From the NCBI RefSeq assembly GCF_006345805.1, contig NC_042999.1, positions 54,994,001-55,058,000 of the forward strand: DNA of 64,000 nucleotides. The letters are read 5' to 3'. The notes below the pieces were generated by a model. The model made no database searches. It worked only from the letters and a program-made list of their open reading frames with translations, and was not told the DNA's origin. This document shows positions 1 through 14,111 of the stretch, piece after piece (the first letter of the stretch is position 1; each line of letters starts with the position of its first letter). This DNA comes from Octopus sinensis (Eukaryota). The position numbers and the translations under genes are program-made.

Positions 1-2084
1 ATGGTTTGACTGAGGGCTGGCAAGCCAGAAGGCTGCACCAGGCTCCAATCCAATCTGGCAACGTTTCTACAGCTGGATGCCCTTCCTAACACCAACCACT
101 CTGAGAGTGTAGTGGGTGCTTTTTACATGCCACCAGCATGAGGGCCAGTCAGCCGGTACTGGCAACGACCACGCTCAAATGGTGCTTTTTACGTGCCACC
201 AGCATCGGCCATGACAATGACTTCACTTGCCTCAACAGGTCTTCACAAGCACCCCCCCCCCTTTTCTCTCTCCCTTCATGCTACCTGTATAACAAGGGAT
301 GATATCATACTGGATTTATCCACGAGCAATCCCACTTCTTTCCTCCTGGTTATCTCTCTCTCTTTCCCACTACTCCCTTTATCACACCTCCCCACCATCT
401 CTTTCTCCCCCATCGTTTTCCCATCTCCAGTTCTCCCTGTTCTGTCACCATGTCTCTTCTATTACTCATTCTTGACCACCCCCACCCACCCATCACACAG
501 TTCATGCATGCTGTTTCTATTCAATTTCCTTACCAACAATCATCATGTAGCTGTCAATCACAGATTTTCTCTCTCTCTCTCTTTACTTTTTTCTCTATCA
601 CATAATTGCTCAGGTTCTCTCTCTCTTTCTCTCAGAGATGAGACAACACTAGTGCAGGTGAATGAGCAAATACAGCATAGGATAAAGAGGGCAACCAGTA
701 ACAAGGGTTACACTCAAAGTTAAACATACAATCAATTTATGGCCTTCTGACCCATCTGGGGTTGAGAAGTAATTCCACATAAAATGGACCTCAGCCATAA
801 AATGATCTTATACATCCTTAGCTAATTAGTTTACTACTTTTTCACTAAATACCCTACATGGACAATATGTCAAACCTCTTACCTATCTGTTTTAACTTTG
901 GTCAATCCTTGATGTAAGAAAAGGTCTTTGATCTGCCAGCAATCCACAGATGCTTTTGTTCCCATCCCTCGAAGAAATTATGTAAAGTCAATATTATGAC
1001 TGACATCCACACTACACAAGCAATATATATATATATATATTACATATATGTATGTTATTTATTTAAAGGTCACAATACATGTATTTAAGCACTACTAATA
1101 GTTTCATATGTTGAGAAATACTCAAACATATTCATCAGGCACAAACCACATATCATAGTTCGTTATGATATGTGGTTTGTACTTGAAGAATTTAAATGAG
1201 TATTTCTCAACATATGAAACTATTAACAGTGATTTAATACATGTATTGTGGCCTTTAAATAAATATTTATCTCTCAACAGATGGAGTACTTTTTTTATTG
1301 AGTTTTTTATCATGGAACAGTACATTTCATATATATATATATGCGAATTAAAAGCAGTTCTCATGTGATAAATATTGTCGAGTACATATACTAACACATA
1401 TGCTTTATGGGCATACCAGTTCATGATTTTAAAAGCCATGAGCATATAAGTCAGACTGGCTAGCTGACTCACCTTCAACCCAGGCAGGTAGGTGGTGTTG
1501 ATAAGCCACAAAAATGGCAAAACATCGATGTCTATCACTCCTAAATGGGATTCAAGGTGAATTATCTCACCTGTCCATGGCTCTAAGGTGTTTTAACACT
1601 GGCGACATGAGTTATATATTCCACTACGCCATTGCAGCCACCGGAAAATACACAAAGCATATACATTAGTATATGTATTTAACTATATATATATATATTG
1701 CTTGTGTGTGTGTGCATTTGAATTCTGTGAAAACTGTTCTTGCTCTCTGCATGTACTAACCAACTCTTCATTGGCCTGTTGTATGCACCTTCTGTGGTTG
1801 GTAAAGGTAAAACATTTAAAATCAAGAGGAAAATGAAGAAACAGAAAATGGCAAAAACAACACCAAGTCCTGAACTTCATGGAGGTAATTATGAGTGAGA
1901 CGCTCTTGTAAAGAACGGTTGAGAATGTTCCTTAATGGATTGGCTAATAATGTCCAGAACTAAAAGACAGAATTTTCAATGAATGAATTATTTACCAAGT
2001 TAAACTGTCTCAAAAGCATTTTTGTTAAGATAAGAAATTTTCAAACCATGACATTTCATTTTTAGTGTGTGTGGTGTGTGTGTG

Positions 2085-2141
<57 letters not shown>

Positions 2142-3220
2142 TATTTACAATATTTATAAATACACTTATTTACCTCATCTGTAGTGTCAGCATTGTCATC
2201 ATCATCCTTTTAACTTCCACTTTTCCATGCCTGCATGAGTTAGATGGATTTCATCACAGGTTTCCTATGCCCAGATGCCTTACCTGTTGCTAGCACTCAC
2301 CTGTTTGCCATCAAAGTAATATTTCTTCATGGCCAGACATGTTTTCATGGAAGACTGGAATCAAAGAACATCACTTGTATGACAGTGACACTAATTCATA
2401 ACCCATCGCATGATGTCTATAGACAAGGATAGACACACACACGCACACACACACACACACACATATCACCATCATCATCATCGTTTAACATCCGCTTTCC
2501 ATGGAGCTGGCTAGCAGGGAGCTGTCCTGACTCCAACTGTCTGTTTTGGCAATGTTTCTACAGCTGGATGCCCTTCCTAATGCCAACCACTTGTGAGCTG
2601 GGTGCCTTTTACATGCTGATGGCACAGGTTTTTACACAGGTGTGTCAACACAGCACCAGCACTAATGCATCTTATGTCGCACCTGTGTAGAAGCTTAGTA
2701 ACTGAAGATCCTTTCTCACTCCTTCATCCTACATCTTCCTGGCTCTACCCTTACATTTATGTGTGTGTGTGAGAGAGAGACACCATCATCATCATTGCTT
2801 AAAATCCTCTTTCTATGCTGGCATGGGTTGGTCACTTTGACATGCAGCTGGCTAACAGGAAGTTGTTCAGACTCCAGCTGTCTGTTGTAGCAGGATTCTT
2901 ATGGTGGGATGCCCTTCCTAATGCCAACCACTTAATAAAGTGAGCTGGGTGCCTTGTACATGCCAATGGCACAACACCAACATCACATGCTGTGTGTGTG
3001 TGTATTTACGTAAAACAACCTTTTTTCAGTTTTTGGCTACCAAATCCACTAAAAGGGCTTCGGTCACTTTGGTCAGCCTGAGGCTCGAACCACGCTGAGT
3101 TTTCAATACACACACTCACAGGCCCATGAGTTACACACACACACATGTTCATACACACATACACACACAAATATACAAAACATACATCACTCCTCACAAG
3201 CGACACACTAGGTTTCTTGT

Positions 3221-3603
3221 ACACATAGGTACATGTACACATAGATAGTTGTTCACGTGGGTACACAGGCCCATGCATTTGCACACACACCTGGTAATCC
3301 CACACATATGTACACACGTCCATATGCACACGCACATACAAGTAAATGAATGCATATCACTCCACATGCATGCACTAAGTTACTATACACATACTTACAC
3401 ATACTGGTCCACATACATAGGTACATGTACACATAGATAGTGTTCACGGGGTACAAGGCCCATGCATTTGCACACACACCTGGTAATCCCACACATATGT
3501 ACACACGTCCATATGCACACGCACATACAAGTAAATGAAATGCATATCACTCCACATGCATGCACTAAGTTACTTATACACATACTTACACATACACTGG
3601 TCC
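3221..3603. repeat. Two-copy ~190-bp CA-rich tandem duplication
   Basis: Units start at about 3221 and 3411. Confidence 0.85.
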
Positions 3604-3689
3604 ACATAATTTTCAGCTTGCCCACACATACATACTCATGCACTCGCCCCCGTTCACACATACACACTCACACACACCATTCTTACATG

Positions 3690-4008
3690 CACACATGCAC
3701 TTGCACACCTTAGATCACCATTATTAGTATTACTGTTATTGTTATCTCCCTTTCATTCAACCTCTCTCTTCTGGCCATTTCACTATCATTTCGCTTGGCT
3801 GAACCATTAATCTCTACACATTTTTCGTCTCTCTCCATTTTTTTTTTCGTTCTTTCTCCTTTTTTTCCCTCTTAATTCTTTCTGTCGAAGAGCATAGGCT
3901 CGAAACATAAAAGACTTTTCCAGTCTTCCCGAGTGTTAAACTAATACACCTGCTTGTTGTTCCTACACCTGTCTTCATCTTTTGTTTTCTGTAAATTTGA
4001 AGTATGTG
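3690..4008 (+). mobile_element. Penelope-like pLTR-type repeat with a degenerate HHR-like motif (3877-3914)
   Basis: TCTTT-CTGTCGA-A-GAGC(ATAG)GCTC-GAAAC-ATA-AAAGA. A homologous copy lies at about 27620-27910 and a more degenerate one at about 14780-14985. Confidence 0.55.
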
Positions 4009-4304
4009 TGTATATATATCATCATCATCATCATCGTTTAACATCCATTTTCCATGCTGGCATGGATTGGATGGTTTGACTGAGGTCTGGAAAGCCAGCA
4101 GCTGCACTAGGTTCCAATCTGGCAGTGTTTCTACAGCTGGATAGCGCCTTTTACATGCCACCAACATGGGAGCCAGTCAGGGGGTACTGGCATTGACCAA
4201 GTTCGGATGGTGCTTTTTACATGCCACCAGCACAGGAGCCAGTCAGGCAGCCCTGGCATTAATCATGTTTGGATAGTGCTTTTTACATGTGCCACCAGCA
4301 TCGG

Positions 4305-4361
<57 letters not shown>

Positions 4362-4935
4362 TGTATTCTACTCTAGGCACAAGGCCCGAAATTTTTAGAG
4401 TACAGGGCCAGTGATTAGATCAACCCCAGTATGCAACTAGTACTTAATTTATCAATCCAGAAAGGATGAAAGGTAAATTCGACCTCGGCAGAATTTAAAC
4501 TCAGAACATAAGGACAGACGAAATACCACTGAGCATTTCACCCGGTGTACTAATGTTTCTGCCAGCTCACTGACATATATATATATCGACCATCCGAGCG
4601 TGATCGACCATCCAAGTGTGATCGACCATCCAAGTGTGATCGTTGCCAACCATCCGAGCATGATTGTTGCCAGAGCAGCCAACTGGCTTCTGTGCCAGTG
4701 GCACGTAAAAAGCACCACCCGATCGTGGTCGATGCCAGCTCTTCTTGCCCATGCCAGTGGCACATAAAAAAAGCACCCACTACACTCTCGGAGTGGTTGG
4801 CATTAGGAAGGGCATCCAGTTGTAGAAACACTGCCAGATCAGATTGGGGCCTGGTGCAGCCTCCTGGCTTCCCAGACCCCAGTCTAACCCATGTCAGCAT
4901 GGAAAACTTAAACGATGATGATGATGAGATATATA

Positions 4936-4988
<53 letters not shown>

Positions 4989-5220
4989 GGTGTAACATTT
5001 ATATATGTATCTTCAGGTTTGTTCCCTCACACTGCTTGACAACCAAAGTTGGTTTGTTTACATTCCCATAACTTGGCAAAAAAAGACCAATAGAATAAGG
5101 GGGGAAAAAGTAGTAGGGGTCAATTCGCTTGAGTAAACCTTTCAAAGACTTTGCTTACGGCTAGTCACAGTCCAATGACTCAAGGAAGAAATTAGATGCT
5201 TTACAGCTCTTATATTGATA

Positions 5221-5617
5221 TCTTTATATATAAAAGCGAGGTTGTGTGCTGTCTGTCTCCTACGATTTAGATTCCTAACTACTCCCACATTTTGCGGTGC
5301 AGTTTAACCAAAACCGGGTATCTTATAGTCGTGATTCATATCGAGCCCTTCTGGGTATTAGCGCGCGTCTACGATGAGTCTAAGATTTTTTTTAAAATTT
5401 ACCATCAATTTTTCCCATTTTTAATGCATTTTTGGCATATATAAGGGAAGTAACTCTCTAAAAATTTATTATTAAATCTCAGAACGTAAAAAGCTACAGT
5501 AACACCACCCCCTTTGTGGTTAGCCATATTGAGATGGCTATTATACTTTACATCTCTAAAAATGCTTATATAGTTATTTCCCTTACAAACCCGAGCAACG
5601 CTGGGCAATACTGCTAG
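5221..5617 (+). mobile_element. Non-autonomous Helitron (family A)
   Basis: a|TCTTTATATATAAAAG 5' end, subterminal hairpin CCCGAGCAACGCTGGG and CTAG|t 3' end, inserted at an AT site. Confidence 0.85.
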
Positions 5618-6769
5618 TATATATATATATATATATACACACCACACACACACACACACAGAAGAGAAAAGTGTGGAAACTTCATGAGGGAGGTGGGGGA
5701 GTAAGAACGACAGAGCTGACAGATGTATGACAAAAATATGTATTTTCTGATAATATTAGCTTTAACATTTTATCCAGCTCCAATTAAATATTAGAAACCA
5801 AAATATTTCAGTTAATTAGCTAATTAGGTACAAAAACAAACACAGGATCCTGCTATCTTATCAAACAATGATATTATGATGATGGCAGTCTTGGTGGTGG
5901 TGGTGGTGGTGGTGATAACTGCTGTTGTTTTAGCCCCAAGTCAGGAATGACTGAACAAACCAATAATCAAACAGGTTCCATCCATGACCACCTTGTCTTA
6001 TATTCAAACAGTATAAGTAAGACTATATTTCGTTTCTGGATTTGGTTTGCAAGACTCTTTATATGAGTTAGTGTATTGAAGCATATTCTGTTGTGTCTGG
6101 GAAGAGTCAATTTTTTTTTGTGCCTTATAATGTAACACAATCACCGGTAAAATTTCCACTTATTTCTTATTTTTATTTTTCCTAAAATTTTCGTTGCTTC
6201 TGGCAACCTTTTCAATAATCTTGACTCAATATTGAAAAGGTTGCAAGACGCAATGAAAATTTTAGGAAAATAAAAATAAGAAAAAGTGGAAATTTTACCG
6301 GTGATTGTGTTACATTATAAGGCACAAAAAGACACAACAGAATACGACTATATTATTCAATGTGTTCTACATTTTTTAAAGACACTGGGGTGTTGTGGTT
6401 TGGGGAAGGTGTGGCTGCTATTTCTTGCAGGTCAAGGAACCACTCTTATTGTTGTTGCAGGAGAGAGAGTGATTGGGATGTCTCAGGGGCAGTTTTCCCC
6501 TCGCTACAATGGAAACGGGGGTCACCGATAATTTTTCACATACTAATGACATATTATTCAAAGGTCTGTGTGTGTGTGTATGTGTGCGTGCATACCTGTC
6601 TGTCTGTGTGTCAAAGTGACAGGTAACATTTGTCATTACCGAAAAGCTTTCGTTATGCTTATTAGTTTTATCACCACATTACCATTAGTACCACCACTGC
6701 TATGCATAACACTGCCGTCTCTACTGCTCACACACACACACACATATAGTGGGGGGGGGGGGTATCATC

Positions 6770-8950
6770 ATCAATATTTTAGATCCTGGTCCCACAGTGG
6801 CCTGGCTTGGATTTTTGGACAGGATCCAATGGATCCGGGGACTGCAGCTTGCTCCACTCTCTGCTTTGGCAGAGAGAGAGAAAGAGAGACTACAGATGGG
6901 TAGGTAGGTAGGTAGGCAGGCAGATGGATATGTCGGTAGGTAGACATCCATGACAACCAGCCTGCCCACCAGGTCTAGACTTTCAGATCCAGACTCTTTT
7001 GAAAAAGTACCACAGTACCACCACCACCCATTCTCGGCAGACACGGGGGGAAAATAAATATCAAATTGTCTGCTGAACCTGACCTGGAGGGTCCACAAGT
7101 TGGAGAGTCTGGTTCACTGATGGCTGATATCTGCATTTTGTGACTTAATGTCATTTAACAAGTAACCTTATTTCCCAGGTGACCCCAAGCCATGCACATT
7201 TATACTACCTATCTTGAGCATGACTCTGACAAAAGTTGTGTTTCAGACACAAAATAAAAAAATTAAAAAGTGGGAGAGAAAGAAAGGGAGTCACTGTTTC
7301 AAAAGTCGTGGATTTTCCTCCTCAGTTTCCTTGGGGAGATTTTTGTATAGCTTTTTTGGACAAATGGTTTTGAAATCTCCAAACTGCATTAGAGTAGAGA
7401 GATTTCATTATTTTGTGTGTGTTTTGTGTGGTGCCTATTATTTGTATGTGTTGTGTATGGGTGGTTGTTTTTTCTAACATTTTTTTCCATTATGTTAGTG
7501 TCCAACCTAATGTATTGCATCAGGTCCAAATCGTTAGTGCTAATTGCCATTAACATTGTGGGACTATTTTGCGTTTGTATGTTTGTAGTGTCATTGTTTG
7601 TATTTTTGTTGTGTGTGGCAGTTTTGTTGTCGGCACTGGTATATCTCCCTGCTTTGTTTGACTGAATGGTTGTTCTTTCTTTTTCCCCCCCTTTTTCTTC
7701 TCCCCCTATGACCATTTGCCATTCTGCCGGATTACCTGCGAATCAGAAAGTGAGAGGGAAGAGTATTGGGGTCGATCTGTGTGTGTGTTGATGCTGATGT
7801 TGTTGTTAGTACTAGTTGGTGGCTGTTGGGATGTGATGTATGGGCTGTCGGGGATGAGGGATTAGTCTTTTCCTTTTTTTCCCTGGTTTTGATGCTTCTG
7901 TAGTTGTTGTAGTTGGTGGTAGTGGTGGTGTTCCTTCTATTTTTGATGGCACTGATGGGGTTGTTGGTTGGTTGAGTTGTTTGTTGGTTGGTAGAGCTGT
8001 TTTGTCTGTTGTGCTGATGGTAGTGTGGGTAACAGTATTGGTTTGCAGTTGGGTTTTTGGTCTTGTTTGGCAGTCTGCTTTAAGATGGTTTTTGCTACCA
8101 CAAAGGTAGAAGCATGGCCTTCTGCCTTCATGTCATCTGGGAGATTTTCAATTGTTTCTTGATTTGCCTGGATTAACAGCTCTAACCTCTGTCCAGCCCG
8201 GTTTTGCTGTTCCAGAATGGCAATTTCTAATATGTTAATTTATTCTTCAAAATCATAACAGATGGCTGACACCAGCCATCCTATTTCTATTTCAGGGGAC
8301 ACATCTTTAATTTTTACCTCTGTCACCCGATGACTGAGGTAAGTGGGAATCATTATAAATTCCTCACATTCCAGAATTCTTATTAAGAGTTCTATTGTGT
8401 GCTCTTCTGTATCGAATATTACCTCAATCGTGGCAAATCTTTTGTCCCTTGCAATATATTTTTTTGTAAGCCCATATGGGCCATAGACATTTTTCAGCTG
8501 TTTGCTGAGTGGCCTGTTCCAGTCTTAGTTTTTATGTTCAGGGTTTTATAAATTGTTTTTTTTAAAAGGTCCTGCAAAATGTCTGTTTTCTTTTTTTAAA
8601 AACTGTTTTGCATTTTAGTAGTTCCTCTGTTGAGAAGGACACTAGATGGGTTTTTTTGCCTTAAAATAGAAGCAAAATTACTTCGTTTGTTCATGTTGGT
8701 GGTGGCAGTGGTGGTGGCAACATTCATTGTCTTAGGCATGTATTCATTTTGTCTGCTTTTCCTTCCTACTCGTTCAGAAGGAAAGCTTGACTCAAATTGT
8801 ATGTTGTTGTCTTCCAGTTGTGTGTGTGTGTGTGTGCGTGTGTGAAAGTGAAATGATATTTTCTTTTTACTTGTTGTCATTGGCAACAAAGGAAATTCCT
8901 CATTGAAATTGGTTACTGAGACTCCGTTGATCTCAGAATGGCTAGCCATT
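6770..8950 (-). mobile_element. Decayed L1/Tx1-clade LINE, 5' half (ORF1 + start of ORF2 APE endonuclease)
   Basis: ORF1-like pieces run from the ATG at 8949 (MASHSEING...NFASILRQK...; FATIEVIFDTEEH...). ORF2 starts at 7221: MLKIGSINVHGLGSPGK*GYLLNDIKSQNADI, then ...GGGGTVVLF...DLVGRLVVMDV. Confidence 0.65.
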
Positions 8951-9161
8951 TTTTTTCTTTTTTTTCACATTATTGTACTATAAACTTCTAAGCCACACAC
9001 TCAGGCTTGTAATGTAGAATATTCCATTATACCATTAATATTTCACTATATTGTTCATATTACATTAACATACTCATGATACTGAAATGATGCCATCTGA
9101 TTATATCTCTAATTATTGATTATGGTAAAATTTTGCTAATGACTTCATTATGATTCTTTAG

Positions 9162-9419
9162 GTTGCAAAGAAAATGAATTTGGTCCTGGATGCAACCGAG
9201 TCTGTGAGTGCCAGAATGGCGGTCATTGTGATGAAGTGAGTGGAGAATGTATCTGTCTTTTGGGATGGATTGGAGCAACATGTGAACAGCCTTGTCCTAC
9301 TGGTCGTTATGGATTGAACTGCACAGAAGTTTGTCAGTGCCAACATGGTGGAATCTGTGATCCCCGATCAGGGAGATGTTCCTGTCCAGCTGGACACATG
9401 TCAAAATATTGTGAAACAT
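9162..9419 (+). CDS. MEGF6: Multi-EGF protein (MEGF6-like) internal exon, two 8-Cys EGF-like repeats
   Basis: tttag| acceptor and |gtacgt donor; 258 nt, phase 1-1; encodes GCKENEFGPGCNRVCECQNGGHCDEVSGECICLLGWIGATCEQPCPTGRYGLNCTEVCQCQHGGICDPRSGRCSCPAGHMSKYCET. The MEGF6 name is tentative (MEGF10/11/Draper repeats look the same). The gene starts upstream of the window. Confidence 0.92.
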
Positions 9420-10334
9420 GTACGTCTTTATTTTATATTTTCATTGCCATAGAAGACCTTTGTACCTCAGTATTTTTTGTATTGTATTTCATTGAAAGCC
9501 ATATAGCCCTGGTACCTTGTCTGAAAATCTAGGGTTTGTATGGTACCAAATCTAAATGACTAGCCTTGTGCCTTCTCTGAGTAAGCTTAGGGTTAAATGC
9601 AAAATTTAAACGAGTCATTCTCAATAGAGCAATAGGGTCCCCTGAAGGTCCTTGACATATTTGAAGGGAGCAACAAGCTATCTGTTTTTTGCTTTATTGG
9701 GGAGATGAATAGAAGAAATTTAGAACTGATTCACAAGCGGATGGGTGGGGGGGGTCTTGTGAAACTGAAAAGAATTTCTCTGGGAGCCACAATGAAAAAC
9801 AGTTGAGAACGGCTGATCTAAATAACCAAAGAGACTTTCCCCTGAGACTAAATTACTACAGTTTTATAACCTAGACTAAATGACCAGTCTTGTATCATTG
9901 TCATTTAACACCTGTTTTCCATGTTAGCATGGATTGTACAGTTTGACAGTAGCTGGGAAGGCCAACTGCCATACCAGGCTCCATTGTCTGTTTTGCCATG
10001 GCTTCTGCAGCAGGATGCCCTTCGTAACACCAACCACATCACAGGGTATACTGAGTGCCTTTTTTTACATGGTATCAGCACTGATGCTTTTTATGTGGCA
10101 CCAGCACTGACAGGGTCACCAAGTACCTTCCAAGACAAAAAAGAAAAAAAGGCAAAGCCCTCTCACCACAACTGGGAGTGGGAAGAAGCATAGGCATGGG
10201 GGGGTGGCTTTGTGTCAGTTGAGTAATTAAAGGTGTAGAGGGGGAGAGGCTAGAGATAGGTGCACCCTAGTCAAAATAAGCATTTGTATTGCAACCAAGA
10301 TTCTAATATTATTGTTCTCATCACTAATCTACAG

Positions 10335-10592
10335 CTTGTCCCCCAAACAAGTATGGCATCAACTGTGAGAATGATTGCCAATGTGGGAAGGCTGGCATTT
10401 GTAATCCACAGGATGGAACATGTCAGTGTAAAATGGGCTGGAGTGGCGAAACTTGTGAAGAATCCTGTCCATCTGGTCGATATGGTCCCAACTGCATACA
10501 CACATGTCAGTGTCAAAACAAGGGAACGTGTGATCCAGTCACAGGGTGTTGTACCTGTGCAAATGGCTTCTATGGACAACTCTGTGAAATTC
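10335..10592 (+). CDS. MEGF6: MEGF6-like exon, two EGF-like repeats
   Basis: tacag| acceptor and |gtaagt donor; 258 nt, phase 1-1; CPPNKYGINCENDCQCGKAGICNPQDGTCQCKMGWSGETCEESCPSGRYGPNCIHTCQCQNKGTCDPVTGCCTCANGFYGQLCEI (frame absent from the ORF track). Confidence 0.93.
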
Positions 10593-10789
10593 GTAAGTAA
10601 CTCTTGAATTTTCTTTGGTTGTTGTTTTTTGGTGATATATAGCAGAGAACTGCTTACCATCTGAAGAGAGAATGAATAATTTATGAATTCTTTATATTTT
10701 GGGCAATGCACTCAACAACAGAAATAAACAACGAATTGTCAGAGGTTAGCAATAATCTCTGAAAATTCCAAGATTATTTCTGTAGATGG

Positions 10790-11268
10790 GTGAATCACCT
10801 TTTGCTACCAGCCCACCTGAAACTGCCTCTGGCCCTATAGTACAAATGTTTTGTTTTCAAAAGTTTTCAATTAAAATCTTCCACCAAACCTTAGTCACAA
10901 TTTATGTTCCTAACACTAGCTTAATGATAACTAAGTTATTTTCCTAACATCTTAATTGAAAGAAACACAGAGCATCTCAACAAAAATATGGTAACAAAAG
11001 GGTTTAAATATATAATAGAGAAACAATTCTTAACCTTTTTGATACCAACCCAGCTGAAACAGCCTCTGGCTCTGTAGCACAAATGTTTTGCTTTCATAAG
11101 TTTTGAATTAAAATCTTCCACCAAACCTTAGTCACAATTTATGTTCCTAACACTAGCTTAATGATAACTAAGTGATTTTACTAAATTCTTTGTTATATTT
11201 AAAATATCTAAAATTAACTGAAAGAAACACAGAGCATCTCAATTGAAATATGGTAACAAAAGGGTTAA
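10790..11268. mobile_element. Two tandem piggyBac-type MITEs (TTAA|CCCTT termini)
   Basis: About 230-bp units ending GGTAACAAAAGGG|TTAA, separated by a ~23-bp spacer. Confidence 0.65.
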
Positions 11269-11684
11269 CAAATGATTAATTATTCTCTTTTCAGATTGTA
11301 AAAAATTCTCCAGAGTGTTTTCTATATTTCAAATCGTCCATCATCATTTAATGCCCATTTTCTAGGCTGGTCACTCATTTGCTTCATCCGTTTCTCTATA
11401 TCACAATGCTTCAAGTAAACTACAAAATGCTTCTCGCATTAATTATATTTGTCAAATGGTGCTTTAGCGTTGAGAAAATTAACTTTCGCTATTGGTCAAC
11501 TGAAATGTGTCCAGAGGAGAGGACCACTTTGACGAGGAGGTGCAATGAAAATGGCCAGCAGAAAGGTTCCGTAGGTTTGTGGTTTCAGTTGCACAAAGAA
11601 AGACTGAGACCTTACACACACACACAAGCCTTGCGAGTGGATCTAGTAGATGGGAACTGAAAGAAGCCCTTGTCATCATCATTA

Positions 11685-12095
11685 TCATCATTTAGCGTCC
11701 GCTTTCCATGCTAGCATGGGTTGGACGGTTCAACTGGGGTCTGTGAAGCCAGAAGGCTGCATCAGGCCCAGTCTGATCTGGCAGTGTTTCTATGGCTGGA
11801 TGCCCTTCCTAACGCCAACCACTCCGTGAGTGTAGTGGGTGCTTTTTACATACCACCCGTACAGGTACCAGACGGAGCTGGCAAACGGCCACGAACGGAT
11901 GGTGCCTTTTACGTGCCACCGGCACGGTGGCCAGGCGAGGCTGGCAACGGCCACGAACGGATGGTGCTACATGCCAGGCAACGGACACAAACGGATGGTG
12001 CTTTTACGTGCCACCGGCACGGAGGCCAGTCAGGGCGGCGCTGGCAACGGCCATGATCGGATGGTTCGCTTACTTGTCACTGGCACTGGTACCAC
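11685..12095 (-). mobile_element. RTE-tail short element ending in (GAT)n, with internal ~50-bp subrepeats
   Basis: Very abundant here: about 1-210, 2468-2690, 4020-4305, 4590-4925, 9900-10140, 18500-18675, 28075-28262, 34995-35400, 36345-36525, 42735-42875 and 61475-61783. Confidence 0.8.
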
Positions 12096-13470
12096 AGCTG
12101 CAATTTCCATTGATGTTGATCGAATTCGATTTTGGTTCTGCTTTCTGATATCTGATTTGATTTGGTTTGATTTTGATTTTGTGTATGTGTATATTTGTTT
12201 GGATCTCATCTTGACATCGCCTGACAGCTGTAAAGAAGTGTCACCATCATAAAAGTGGGGTCATTTGTTTCTACTCAGTGTAAACATGTCTGGCCATGGA
12301 GAAATATTACCTTGCTTGGAAAAAAAAGTGAGTGTTGGTGACAGGAAGGGTATCCAGCCATAGAAAACCTGCCTTAAAAAAAATTTGTCCGACCCATGCA
12401 AGAATGGAAAACCATCATCTTTTAATGTTTGCATTCCATAATGGCATGGGATAGACAGTTTGACAGGATCCAACAAGTCAGAGGACTGTATCAAGCTCCA
12501 ATATCTGCTTTGACATGATTTCTATGGCTGGATGCCCTTCCTAATGCCAACCACTTCACAGAAAGTACTGAGTGCATCTTTTGTGGCACCAGCACTAGTG
12601 AAGTCCCCCCCCCCCCAGTCATGAGACAAAGCCTCTTGACAGAGTTGCAGTATTGAGGAAGGTGGCTTTATGCCAGGTGTTGAGAGGCTAAAGTATGACA
12701 GGACAGGAACAGGTGGCTTAGTGTAGAGGAGATACATGGCTACCCCAGTAGGAAAGGAAGAAGGTAGAAAAGAGGAGTCAGGGCATACCCACACAGTACA
12801 AGAAAGTAGATAAAGTGGGAACAGGGACTGTGGGAGGAGAGCAACAGCAGGTAGAGATGAGGATAGAAGTGAATGCAGTGAACATGGATGAAGGTAAAAT
12901 CAATGGTGAATCTTTGTGGGGGAAATAAAACAGGAGTGGGTAAGGAAAAATGTGACAGGTGACAAAATATATGAAACATGGGTGGTAGGAGAGGAGAGCA
13001 ACAGTATAATAAAATTTAAAATAGATGAGAAACAGTGAAATGGTGGGGGTGGGGGTGGAGAAGATGCAAGGGAGCAGAACAAGGTCAAAGGAAAGTAATG
13101 AGGAATATAGTAACAAAGGTAGGGTGGGGCATTGATGGCAGACATGAAAGCGTGTGTAGGGAAAGGGGTCATTCAGTAGAGAACTAAAGTGGTAAGGGGT
13201 GATATTGAGAATGCAGGATGGGTGACAAATGGGTCCAGGAGAGAAATAACTGGTAACAATACACAAGGAAGATGAAATAAGTAGAGTTTTGCATTTATAC
13301 AATTCTAGCTGTAGAGGGGTGAAGAAGGGAAGGGTCGTAGGGAAGGCTTGACAGGTAGAGATTGGGTGAGATGGGGGTATAGATATACTGTTTCAGCTGG
13401 GTTGGTATCAAAAGGGTTAAGAATTGTTTCTCTATTATATATTTTAACCCTTTTCTTACCATATATATAA

Positions 13471-13702
13471 GGCGGAGAGCTGGCAGAAATGTTAGCACGT
13501 TGGGCGAAATGCTTAGTGGTATTTCGTCTGCCGTTACATTGTGAGTTCAAATTCCGCCGAGGTCGACTTTACCTTTCATCCTTTCGGGGTCGATAAATTA
13601 AATACCAGTTACGCAATGGGGTCAATGTAATCGACATAATACCTATGTCTGTCCTTGTTTGTCCCCACTATGTTTAGCCCCCTGTGGGCAATAAAAAAAT
13701 AG
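13471..13702 (+). mobile_element. tRNA-derived SINE (GGCGGCGAGCTGGCAGAA family)
   Basis: Recurrent family; other copies at about 4363-4572(-), 16167-16330(+), 28600-28820(-), 47205-47435(-), 47718-47900(+) and 58167-58399(-). Confidence 0.85.
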
Positions 13703-13982
13703 GTATAGATATATTTGTTTAGGGCTCTGTTTTGGGGTTTAGTTTTTTTTTTTTTTTTTTGCTGAAATGGATAGATCTTCTGAAACACAGTGAATTGCCA
13801 GCATCTCAGTCCTTTGTGATCTCCTCGGTGAAGCTTAACAACCTGAGGTCGGTTTTCATTACTTTGTCCCACATCTTCCTGGGTCTCCTTCTTTCACAAG
13901 TTCTATCCACATTTCTAATATTTACAGTGGAATTCAGTGAAATGGTAAAAGAGAATTATATATTGTTTCCTAATATTTTCAG

Positions 13983-14111
13983 AGTGTCCTCCAGGATCTC
14001 ACGGTTTCTATTGTAAAGAACGGTGTGACTGTGAAAATGGAGCATTGTGTGATCCAGCCACGGGACAATGTAAATGCAAGCCCGGATTCATAGGAAATCG
14101 CTGTGAAAAAG
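13983..14111 (+). CDS. MEGF6: MEGF6-like exon, one EGF-like repeat
   Basis: ttttcag| acceptor and |gtctgt donor; 129 nt, phase 1-1; CPPGSHGFYCKERCDCENGALCDPATGQCKCKPGFIGNRCEK. Confidence 0.9.

Noticed and set aside
193-723. 176-aa ORF; also 12778-13302 and 25019-25456
   Set aside because: Pyrimidine-rich low-complexity strands of probable old repeats; no domain recognised and no splice support.
1-9161. Further EGF exons upstream of 9162 or downstream of 16718
   Set aside because: None found by eye on either strand; this stretch appears to be one long intron. Very short exons could have been missed.
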